From Octopus sinensis (Eukaryota), in NCBI RefSeq assembly GCF_006345805.1, contig NC_043009.1:50592001-50656000 (forward strand): a stretch of DNA of 64,000 nucleotides, given 5' to 3'. Position numbers and translations under genes: made by a program. Below are positions 51,382-62,275 of the stretch, in pieces; the stretch's first letter is position 1, and each line of letters begins with the position of its first letter. A model generated the notes under the pieces. That model was not told the DNA's origin, did no database searches, and worked only from the letters and a program-made list of their open reading frames with translations.

Positions 51382-52435
51382 GTTATCAAGTAGGTCTACA
51401 AATTACGCCGATCCACCACTCTTAATTAAAATGCAGTAAAACTAAAATAAAGCAAATTTAGTATGGTTTGTAAAAGGAAAGAAGCAATGCCGGGAGTTAT
51501 TATATTCGCATGAAGGTATTTGCTCAACTTCTTAGCCAAATTATTTTGTGTCATAATGTAAACTTCCGGACTTTCGGATTAAATATTTAACTTTACGTTG
51601 CTGATCGCCCGAGATATTACGTCGTAATCGACAAGGCAGCTTTGACAATAATTGCAGCCTAACACCATATATCTTACTTCTGTACTAGAGTAAATCATCT
51701 CTAGTACTTTATAATAATTAAGCAGGGCTCCCATCACCACCACCGCCGCCATTAACCACCTCCACGCTCTTCTGGCAAGCAATATTTAAAATCCTAATGA
51801 GCTGAAGCTGAAATAGTCTGCAGGTACATTAAGGTAATTAATTAGATCGAGATTTAAAAGCTCATTTCAACCAAACGAAACAGTTCGCCAACAGATACAA
51901 CTACCACCCCCACCTACCATCCCTATCATCACCCCCCCCCCTCTTCTTCCATACGTCATAATTCATCTTAAAGTTCCAATTACCAATCCTCGCAATGAAA
52001 ACATCAGTTTTAATCTGTCATTTGACAGTGTTTAGTTTGTATAAGCATAACCGATAGCTGCCATACAACTCAGGTATCAATAATGAAAACAAACAAGAAC
52101 TCACTCATTCACTTATAGTGCTTGCTAACCCTGAAAACGTTTTTCGTTTTCCCTTTATATCTAATACTTATCGCTTTAAAAGAATGTCTATATATTTCTC
52201 TTTCGTCGTCTGCTGTCGCTTGCTAACAGCAACTATACATATCACATATACGCACATGAATATGTATGTGTATGCACATGCACACACACACACACACACA
52301 CAGATGCACAACAGACCCTCTCGGTTACCTTAACTGTGATAACTATAACTAAGAGGAACTTTAAGCTAAATAAGCAGGGAATCTCTCAAAATTTTAGTAT
52401 CGTCACTAAAAATACAAATTTCTTTATTAAATACC

Positions 52436-52634
52436 TATTTCTTTACTGCCCACAAGGAGCTACACAGAGGGGACAAACAAGGACAGACAAACGGATTAAG
52501 TCGATTATATCGACCCCAGTGCGTAACTGGTACTTAATTTATCGACCCCGAACGGATGAAAGGCAAAGCCGACCTCAGCGGAATTTGAACTCAGAACGCA
52601 ACGGCAGACGAAATACCGCTAAGCATTTCGCCCG
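52436..52634 (-). mobile_element. SINE family B1, head-truncated
   Basis: Reverse complement of the B1 body and tail. Confidence 0.88.
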
Positions 52635-53028
52635 AAACACACGGTACACTCAACGCTTAGTGTGATCGCGTTGTGAACTAGACTGGCGGCTACGAAAATT
52701 TCGAATTCCCCTTCGTAATTTAAAGGCGCCGGACTATCAGTTGACGGAAAATCAGTGGCGCGCGCGTGTGCAAAATACGCACACATTCTTACAGAAGCGC
52801 ACACATTAATATAAAATCATCGCACACGTAGATAATTTAATAAACTAGGTAAGACAGCATATACACTACAGGAAGAAGCGGAGAAATAGTGGGGCACGCA
52901 ACAACAAATTGGATAGAATGGGTAAATTCAAGGATATGCAGTTTCTCAGGCAAACAAAGCTTGCAATTGTGTATACTCTAAAGGGGTTCTGCAAGTTGAT
53001 TTCTAAGCTTCTAAATGTAACGATGTGA

Positions 53029-53138
53029 AGACGCGTGGTTTAGTGGTTAGAGTATTCGGCTCACGATCCTAACGTAGTGAGTTCGATTCCTGGCGATGCA
53101 TTGTGTCATTGAGCAAGACACATTATTTCGCGTTGCTC
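53029..53138 (+). mobile_element. SINE family D (tRNA head plus CORE-like domain), 3'-truncated
   Basis: GACGCGTGGTTTAGTGGTTAG...GAGTTCGATTCC...TTGTGTCATTGAGCAAGACACATTATTTC; homologous to 63758-64000. Confidence 0.8.
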
Positions 53139-53158
53139 GTGTTTGACGATATCCTCAT

Positions 53159-53557
53159 TGCAACTTGTTCCTCTTTAGTCTCGCTTGACGATATCCTCAT
53201 TAAAAGGCACCTTTTAATGCCTTTCCTCTGCTGGAGCGTAGCAAAAAAAGTTGGGCAACTAACACTGGAGTTGTTTCCCTTGTTTCCATGTCCTAGTCGG
53301 CGCAACATAGGTAACGTTATCAAGAAGGCGGCGAGCTGGCAGAAACGTTAGCACGCCGGGCGAAATGCGTAGCCGTATTTCGTCTGCAGTTACGTTCTGA
53401 GTTTAAATTCCGCCGAGGTCTACTTTGCCTTTCATCCTTTCGGGGTCGATAAATTAAGTACCAGTTACGCACTGGGGTCGATGTGATCGACTTAATCCGT
53501 TTGTCTGTCCTTGTTTGTCCCCTCTATGTTTAGCCCTTTGTGGGCAATAAAGAAACA
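53159..53557 (+). repeat. 210-bp identical copy of 50983-51192 fused to a different SINE B1 body
   Basis: 53159-53368 equals 50983-51192; the downstream SINE body diverges and lacks the GTTATCAAG right TSD. Confidence 0.9.
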
Positions 53558-53864
53558 GATACTAAGAAATGTGCATCCACAACACCATTATAAAATTTTA
53601 TTGCTCCTAAATCTGAAGCGCTTGTTGTTGCCGTTGCAGCTGCCAGGGCCACATGCGCGTCTATGATGGTAAAATTCTTTCATTTACATAAATTCCTCGC
53701 TCATTAGCATAAACAATAAGTATAATATAGGCACTAACAATGGCAACAATTCTCTGGTCACCTCTACCTTATGTTGCTGTTGCTCTTTAAAAAAAAATAA
53801 CCATCGAAGATCTACGACTGAAAGAAATCTAGCGAAATCAAATGATCCACAGTTGAAGGAAAGG

Positions 53865-53920
53865 ATAGCTATTATCGAATTCCGAAAATTCTGAATTTTT
53901 CGGAATTCGATAATAGCTAT
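53865..53920. repeat. Perfect hairpin, 24-bp arms, 8-nt loop
   Basis: ATAGCTATTATCGAATTCCGAAAA-TTCTGAAT-TTTTCGGAATTCGATAATAGCTAT. Confidence 0.95.
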
Positions 53921-54246
53921 ACACATGCACACCTTTTCCTATTTAAATTCAGAAAACATCCTACTGGAATATATATTCATTTTGATTTTGTGGGATTTAA
54001 AAAAAAATTAAAATAAATGCCGCATTTTCATTCAAGCGAGAAATTATATTTTTTACATCTAAAATGGTAATGCAGTTTCAAAAAAATAAATTCACAAAAT
54101 AAAAAATTCAGCAAAATAAAGTATTTAGCTTTTTCATCAAGATAGATTTTAATTTCCAAATCATGAACAAATTCTATAGAGTTAATATTGATAAGTTCAA
54201 AGAGGGAAAATTAAACTCCAGCAAAAATAATGATTGGTCCTGCAAT

Positions 54247-54281
54247 ATCTAGGATATCATTACGCTAATGATATCCTAGAT
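54247..54281. repeat. Perfect hairpin, 16-bp arms, 3-nt loop
   Basis: ATCTAGGATATCATTA-CGC-TAATGATATCCTAGAT. Confidence 0.95.
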
Positions 54282-54339
54282 TCAGCAAGACAGACTATTA
54301 GTTTTTCCTGTAAATAAATGTATCAATTTCAAAGTGTGA

Positions 54340-54680
54340 TACGTAGCTAAAAAGGTTCGGTTCCACTACGCGATGGGTACCTTGGGTAAGTGATGACTAC
54401 TATTGACTCGGTTTAACCAAAATCGTGTAAAATTTGGTAGAGAGCAACTGTGCAGACACACAGATGTGTGTGCACTTGTCTGTATCAGCGAGGAATAACA
54501 GAGTCGGTGAGTCGAACAAAAATACCATATGATATTTAGTTACGTTCTATTCTGTAAGGTTAACCTTCCCAATTGTACTTCCCAGACGAAGTACAGGAAT
54601 CGATATAACTGTCTAAAATCCGCCTAAGCGGTGCCCCAGCATGGCCATCTTTCAGTGACAGAATCCAGCAAAAGAAAAAA
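54340..54680 (+). mobile_element. SINE family A-related, highly degenerate
   Basis: GGTTCGGTTCCACTACGCG..CCTTGGGTAAGTG...ATTTGGTAGA...GCGGTGCCCCAGCATGGCC..CAGTGACAGAA. Confidence 0.6.
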
Positions 54681-54720
54681 GTTCATAAGTAGTAGAATTC
54701 ACTCAATAATTTAAGGGAGT

Positions 54721-55125
54721 AGGCGGCGAGCTGGTGGAAACGTTAGCACGCCGGGCGAAATGCTTAGCAGTATTTCGTCTGTCATAACGTTCTGAGTTCA
54801 AATTCCGCTGAGGTCGACTTTGCCTTTCATCCTTTCGAGGTCGATTAAATAAGTACCAGTTACGCACTGGGGTCGATATAATCGACTTAATTCGTTTGTC
54901 TGTCCTTGTTTGTCCCCTCTATGTTTAGCCCCTTGTAGGAAGTAAATAAATTGGTATTTCATCTGTTTTTACGTTATGAGTTCAAATTCCAACAAGGTCG
55001 ACTTTGCCTTTCATCCTTTCGGGTTCGATAAATTAAGTACCAGTTGCGTACTGGTACCGATCTAATCGACTGTCCCACATCCCGCAAAATTTCGGACCTT
55101 GTGCCTAGAGTAAGAAAAAAAAAGA
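54721..55125 (+). mobile_element. Composite SINE B: full B1 followed by a headless B2 unit
   Basis: B1 54721-54950; the second unit restarts at GGTATTTC.TCTG and ends AAATTTCGGACCTTGTGCCTAGAGTAAGAAAA. Confidence 0.85.
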
Positions 55126-55482
55126 ATAATTCGTTACTTCTAAAGCTTTAACAAACTATCCCATTTCCGATAAATTGAACACTCTTTCTCTACGGCTTTT
55201 CCACATTCAGCATGTACTCTTCAGTAGGTTTAACTGCAAGAACTGTATACCAGAGCTTCAACTCTACTCATGTTTTTCCTTGGTCTCGCTGCACGATGGC
55301 TCCCATTGGCAGTATCAAGCACCTGTTATACCCTTTCTTTTCTTTGTAGGAGAGTTGCACAGATCGCATATTTCCCCTGACTGTATGTTCTTGTCAACGC
55401 AACACGACTTCCTCTCAACACTGAATTTTTCGCTTTCTCTAAAAACTTTCTTCTCACAATCCCATAATCCTCTTTTCTTTCT

Positions 55483-55560
<78 letters not shown>

Positions 55561-55562
<2 letters not shown>

Positions 55563-56810
55563 GGTTGGCAAGAAAGTAATTTCGGTTTTTTAGTGTGAAA
55601 CAAAAGTCATTTTGTTTTTCATACAAAGAATGAACTGTAATCGGTTACATATTTTCCACTTGGTTCAATGACCTTTTGCCATCTTTCTGGCAACTTCATG
55701 ATTCCGGGCTTATAGAACTTCCTGTCCTTATCAGTCAAAGACTGAAGCAAATGCGATTTCAAGTCATCATCATTATTGAAAGTCTTACCATTCAAAGAAT
55801 TTTGCAAACTTCGAAATAAATGACAATCTGATGGTGCAAGGTCAAGACTATATGGTGGATGTGACATTACTTCCCAACCAAGCTCCGATAATTTTTTACG
55901 AGTTAGCGTTGTCATGGTGGAACACGATCCCTTTACGATTGCCAATTCTGACCGTTTTTCTATGATTGCTTCCTCCAGTTTTATTAGTTGTTGACAATAA
56001 ACATCTGAATTGAACGTCGTCTGGTTCCTTGGAAGCAGCTCAAAATACACAATACCTTTGTAATCTCACCAAATTGACAGCACGGCCTTTTTTTTTTATA
56101 CAATTCAGCTTTCGATGTGGTTTATGCTGGTTCATTATGCTTGGACCATCATCGTTTTCGATTGATGTCATTGTAAACAATCCATCTTTTCATCACCAGT
56201 GACGATTCGTTTCACGAATAGGTCGACTTCATTGCGCTTAAGATGCATATCGCTAATTTTGATTCGTTGTGTCAAGTGAATCTCTTTCAATTTATGTGGA
56301 ACCCAAATATCGAGCTTCTTAACCAGTTCAATACATTTTAAGTGATTTTTAATTGTTGAGTGTGATACATTTAACCTCTCTGCAATCTCGCTCAGTTATA
56401 TGACAATCAGATTCAGTTATGGTTTTAAGTCGGTCATTATCAACTTTAGTAAGTTGACCAGAACGTTGGTCAACTTTGAGAACTGAATTTTTAAAACCAT
56501 TTCTGCCATGTGCGTCCTCTTAAGCAATTAACACCATAAGCTTCACATATCTCTTTGTGAGCCTCAGCAGCTTTCTTACCTTCACGGAAAGAAAAAAATG
56601 CAAAATATGACGAAAATGTTCGTTTTTGCACTCCATGTTAAAAATGACACTGAACTAACAGCTGTAAACAAAATTACACGCAATTTGCTTCTAACTTAAG
56701 CTAAAAGTAACTGCTATTGAATGTCAAAAGAAAAAATCATAACATTAAGAAAAGTCATTAAAAAATCGTAACTATTTGCGAAAAACGAAATTACTTTCTT
56801 GCCAACCCAA
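55561..56810 (-). mobile_element. Near full-length mariner transposon (mellifera-subfamily-like), ~1.25 kb
   Basis: TIRs TGGGTTGGCAAGAAAGTAATTTCG(G)TTTTT / AAAAACGAAATTACTTTCTTGCCAACCCAA, with TA at the right flank. Confidence 0.95.
55637..56636 (-). pseudogene. Mariner D,D34D transposase pseudogene (frameshifted)
   Basis: MECKNEHFRHIL...GKKAAEAHKEICEAYG; DIWVPHKL; RIVTGDE(K)WIVYND; FHHDNA; HPPYSLDLAPSDCHLFRSLQNSL; FY..GIMKLPERWQKVIE. Confidence 0.92.
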
Positions 56811-57889
56811 TATATATATAAGCAATATCTTATTATTCCAGTTCTCTTTCTGAAGATTCGAAAGAAGAAACTGTAGCAATATTATCATTTGTTTGTACAT
56901 AGTACAATTTTTGTTATATTTGATACCAAATTTGTAACTGACGATTCCCAAAAGTTTATACCCGCCATAAATATACCCTGTTCTGGAAAATTCATTATTC
57001 TATTCTCGTATAGATATTTCTTATTTGTGTTCATTTGATACACACACACACACCATAACTTTGTTTTTTAAGCATATCGCTTGTACTAGAAACTTACGAG
57101 GCGCTTGACAAATATATGAAAAAAAAACTCAGTTTATTTTTAGTAAATCGTTAAGCAGTTCACTTCTGATTAATTAATGGAATTTAAACTGTCTTAGTGA
57201 AGAAAATAATATGTTTACATATTTGATTGGACAAAGTGCCTAAGCTGAAATCTGCTCAATCATGATTGGTGACAAAAAAAGTTTTAAAATGTTTGCCATA
57301 TATTAATGTCGACGAATCAGTAATATGAAGACGTAGATGAACTTGGCCACTGGCGCATGTCTATTTACAGGCCAATATTGTTTTTAATTACTATTGTAAA
57401 AATATACGACACGGAAAGACCTTAGCTAAAAAACAATTAGTTAAAAATTAAAATAACAGTCTTGCACTTGAAATATTGTTTTTGTAATGGAACATTCGAA
57501 TATTTCCGATAAATTACTTTTCAACACTTGTTAATTTAGTAGCGAAAATTCATTTTTTTAATATCCTTTTTTTTTTTTTTCTTCAATCGTTCGGGTGCGT
57601 AAAAAGTGAGTCTCTTGGGTACATTTATCAAGGTTTCAAATTAGTAAGATGAAACTTAATGACGTGCGCTTTAAGAAATAAGCCTTCTCCCTTTGCTACC
57701 TCAGAGACTGAACGAAGTCGGCCGACCACGTCAGAACTCGTGCGGGGTGGGAGCTTAAAATAACAGGAAAATGGGCACACGTGTAAAAGAGATTTTTCCT
57801 ATGTAAACACAGTCTTCATTGGTTCTTGACGAGTGTGATTTGTACAATACGGAAAATAATGGCTCTCGTATTTATTAATGTGCAGGTGA

Positions 57890-58090
57890 GGAAACACTGA
57901 CTCGAGTTTGATTACAACGAGCCAACGAGGAAACCTCTGCACGACTACTCGATCTGCTAGAAATAGCAGTAAAATCTTCAAATTACACCCTGCAGTCATT
58001 AAAAGAAAAGGGATACATTAAACAATGCAATGCCTGATATATAAGAAAAGGAAAGACAAGATCATCATGGTTGGATTGTCTTTATTTTTT
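57890..58090 (-). mobile_element. Family F repeat copy
   Basis: CCAACGAGGAAACCTCTGCACGACTACTCGATCTGCTAGAAATAGCAG.AAAATCTTCAAATTACACCC is the reverse complement of the F 3' part. Confidence 0.6.
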
Positions 58091-58250
58091 CGAAACAATA
58101 GCTCTTTTTACTTCTCTGCCGCTTCACAACTCGGTGTGATATACAGAGACAGCTAAACTTATATTTACATGAAAGAACATGTCTTATATGTCTTGCAAAC
58201 AACTTGCACATGCAAGTGCTACCAGTCAAAAGCTTCGTATACCGGAACCC

Positions 58251-58358
58251 AGCAAGTGTATGGGGTCATCAGGAGAGAATGCGCGCCGTTTCGGGGCCTA
58301 CCTCTCGACGGCATCAATGCGCACCGGCCCCCCTCACTGATATGAGGCCCCGCTTGCT
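58251..58358 (-). other. GC-rich structured island containing hammerhead core words
   Basis: Nested complementarity AGCAAG/CTTGCT, GGGGTC/GGCCCC, ATCAG/CTGAT, TGCGC/GCGCA, GCCGT/ACGGC; the minus strand has GTC, GAAA and CTGATGA. Confidence 0.4.
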
Positions 58359-58894
58359 AGATCAGCTTATTTCAATTTTTAAGATGAATGCTTCACAAAT
58401 ACTGGAAAAGACAGGTAATAACTGAGTTGATTGTTTGAGAATAAACGAAGCAACTGTGGTAAGAAAGACTATGGAGGTGAAATTCCATAATTTAAGGGAA
58501 TTCAGGTAAAAAGTTGAGATATTCAACTTTTTTTGAACGGTCTAACGTGGGATGTCAAACAACCTTAACCTAGAATCGAAACAAAAATCGCATATTTGGT
58601 CCGCGTCAACATACAACAACGATTTGTAAGAGACAAAAATAGCATCTTAGTCTACTTAGGCATTGGTATTGCCGCAATACAAATTCTTAAGCCATGGTTA
58701 ACAGAGATTATATGTTAGAGAGAAAGAGAGATAGAGAGAAGATGTCTGCATTCATACGTGAGCTGAAGTCTGTGTATTTACAAGAATGGTTTAATGCTGA
58801 GCAAGCAGATCCTTGAATAATGGTGTATGTGTGAGTGTATGTGTAATCCATTCCCTTGAAAACAAACTTGATGTTTGCGTTTTGGGAGATATTC

Positions 58895-58930
<36 letters not shown>

Positions 58931-59804
58931 CGTGCCCATATGTATATGTGTTAGACTCACACACCAAGCACAGCATGTATTCTTCGCTGCTCGATATCAA
59001 ATATCAAAAATATTGTCTTTTGGATTATATTATCGGATTTATTGTGGAAATACTTGGTAAAAGTAGTTTACTTTTGCTTCGCCCCAGAAAAACAAAGAAC
59101 AAGAACAGACAACAATATAGTTTCAACATAGTACGGTTTCTGTGGTAAATTATTTTAAGACCTGATTTAACGGAAAGAAACAAAACAAAACAAAAAAAAA
59201 AAAAAACGAAAGAAAAAAAAGAGCAAAAATAGTCCGACACAGACTCAGTATAAAAAAAAGCAGGCAGGATGCCATCACATTTTGAACAAATAAAGAAAGT
59301 GTTTGCTAAAATGGTTAGCTAAGGAAGAAGCCACAAACAGAATTGTTGTTGCAAGCACTAAACTGTTATTTAAAATTTTCTGAAGTACCGAGTAAAAAGG
59401 AGAGGAGAGGAAATAGTTAAACAGCGTATTCAATTTTTCAATGTTTTTCTACTCTTCTATTACAATTTTTATTCCATTTATCTATTTTCAAAACCACTCC
59501 GAATTATTAAAACAAACAAAACAAGATACTCCTTTACATCCAACCAGCTAATTTCAAAATAGAAATAATTAAGTTGTGCGTGTAATAATACATTTCCCCA
59601 CATATATAGGGGTTTGTTTTGTAGATCGAACAAAACCATAGTTGACTGGTAACTCGTACTTATTTTACAGGCCTTGGGTGGATGAAAATCAAAATTGACA
59701 GTCGCAATCTGGACTTAAGAAGCAAAACTGGTAAAAGAAAGTCTTAATATACAGAATTCTTCACAACATTTTTCTCTCCCTTCTACAGTTTCTGTCCCTA
59801 AATA

Positions 59805-60013
59805 AAATAATTCTTTCTGTTACAGGCACAAGGGCCGAATATTTTTTTTTCTTCTGTGGTGAGATACTGTCAATAACATCGACCCAAGTACCCAATTGGT
59901 ACTTAATTTATTGACCTCGAAAGAATAAAAGACGAACTCGGAGGCATTTGAACTCAGAAATGCCGCTAAGCATTTAGTCCATCACGGTATCAATTCAGCC
60001 AGCTCGATGCCTT
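59805..60013 (-). mobile_element. SINE family B2, degenerate
   Basis: AGGCACAAGGGCCGAA...CATCGACCC.AGT...TGGTACTTAATTTATTGACC.CGAAAG..TTTGAACTCAGAA. Confidence 0.7.
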
Positions 60014-60061
60014 ATCCCCAAATTAATAATCACGAAATGTACAACGAAACTTTAACACTTT

Positions 60062-60341
60062 ATATGTTACACATCGCTAGTCACAATGCGTTCGCATTGT
60101 TTTAGCCTTCGAATGACGCCACCCCGCTGGCTAAGCGAGCAGGCCAACAGAAGAAAGAGTGGGAGAAAGTTGTGGTGAAAGAGTACAGCAGGGATCACCA
60201 CCCCCTGCCGGAGCCTCGTGGAGCTTTTAGGTGTTTTCGCTCAATAAACACTCACAACGCCCGGCCTGAAAATCGAAACTGCGATCCTACGACCGCGAGT
60301 CCGCTGCCCTTACCACTGGGCCACTGGGCCATTGCGCCTCC
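60062..60341 (-). mobile_element. tRNA-derived SINE family E
   Basis: Minus strand: GGAGGCGCAATGGCCCAGTGG(CCCAGTGG)TAAGGGCAGCGGACTCGCGGTCGTAGGATCGCAGTTTCGATT, a tRNA-like head with A/B boxes, then ~200-bp body. Confidence 0.75.
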
Positions 60342-61741
60342 ACTATATTTCAATATTTCAATAATGATATTAAGAAATAATGCAAGATTGACTATGGCGG
60401 TATATGCGTGTTTTAAAAGACTCTTCTTCCGTGAAGTAATTGTCTCAGTTTCAACATACATTATTGTTATTACGACTCTTCCATGATGCAATTGTTTCAG
60501 TTTTAACGCATTGTCTCATATTAAGTCACTTAGCAAACAAGTACAACTCCGAAATAAATGAATAATATTCATATGAAATAATTATAAGAGGTTGGTTACC
60601 TCAGTTGTTTTCTTTATTCATAGATCATTTATAGAATAATGTTGTAAATGTATCCATAATGCCGAAGTTAATTAGGGACTCTGTGGACTGGCAATAAATT
60701 ATGGATGATAGGGGTTCAGTTAAGAACAACCTCTACAAAAGATGATTACTTTATCTCATATCACTTACATCACAGATAGCTTTGAGAACGGCATGAACGT
60801 CACACAATCTAATTTCGTGCATATGCTCGTAACGAATATTCTTTGGGGGGAAAGTAATGTGTCATAGCGCTAAACTTTCGAACAAAATATGCGACCAGCT
60901 TTCGATTCCCATTTGTAGCCATTTCACATCGTTTACATGTCTAATGTCCCCGAGAAAGATATGAACATCATATAACTTTATTTCTTCTCCCCTATAAATC
61001 TGAAGTCTTCTATTTATTGTGTAAGAAATCAATATTATTATCAAGACGGCCTCTATGGAATATAACCAGCTGCTTGTGATCTTCTATCGGTTCTCTGCTG
61101 ATTACAATCTGTACTGTGTATATTTTGTAATCTTGGGAAATAAATATTTTATCTTTTACAATCTCAAGAGAAACCAAACACCTAAATGACGAAATATCAG
61201 CTGCGTGCTGCGAGTGAAAGTAGTTTGCCAATTCAGGGTTTTACACCACTAAAGGATTAGTTTGGGGACTTCCTGCAATTCAGGTTCCTGAAGAAGCAGA
61301 GATACCGAATGAAATTACTAACAGAAGTAGAAAAACAATAATAAATCATAAGAGCAGACTGAAATTTTTTCTTCCTTCCTTCCTTCTTTCTCTCTTGTAA
61401 TGTGAAGGAAAAGTGTAAATTGTTCCAAATTAAAAAGAGAATGAAATCGAACCTAAGACTTGCAAGAACTCAGCATTTATTTAATGAAGCATACTGAAGC
61501 CGGTCATTAATTATTTATTCCAACCAAAAAGCCACACACACACACACACACACACACACATCAAAACAAGGCCACAGGAAGAAAACTTTAGTCCCTGTTC
61601 GACTCTAATTTGATTAGAAGTTAATCCGGCTAAATCCTTGGATAAGATTGCATGACTATCCTATCATTTTGACAGTTTGCAATTTCAATGACTTAAGAAG
61701 TGATGATATAAAAAACGAAAGAAACAGGGAAAGGTTAGAAA

Positions 61742-61788
<47 letters not shown>

Positions 61789-62231
61789 GCATCAGTAGTA
61801 TGTAGCGAGTGACACCGACTACAAACACCCCGCCTTTCTAACCGCTTCAAATATATCATTTCGAAAAAGACCTCAGGGGTTAATGGATGCTGTTGTGATT
61901 GACATTTCTATATTTACTGCTCCTGCTTTACAAATGCTCCATGTTTTCTTTCTACCAAACATTTGGCAGCTATCTCTGCCCAGTCCCCACTCCATCCAAC
62001 TTATCCCCTTTTCTACTGTTCCTTACAAAAGTAAACTTTTAAAATATCATCGATACGTTACAAAATAACCGAACTTGATTAGGTTGATAAATGCGCGCAC
62101 GCACACAAACACACACACACACACACACTGTACAGATGCAATGTGCATGCATATTCATGTCATGATACACTATGAACACATACACAGATTTCATTAAAGT
62201 TTAGACATCCATAAAAACCATAAAGACTCGC

Positions 62232-62275
<44 letters not shown>

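Noticed and set aside
50854-53351. Duplicated ORF MITLPMLRRLGHGNKGNNSSVSCPTFF as a paralogous gene pair
   Set aside because: Explained by the 210-bp templated duplication; non-ATG start and no coding evidence
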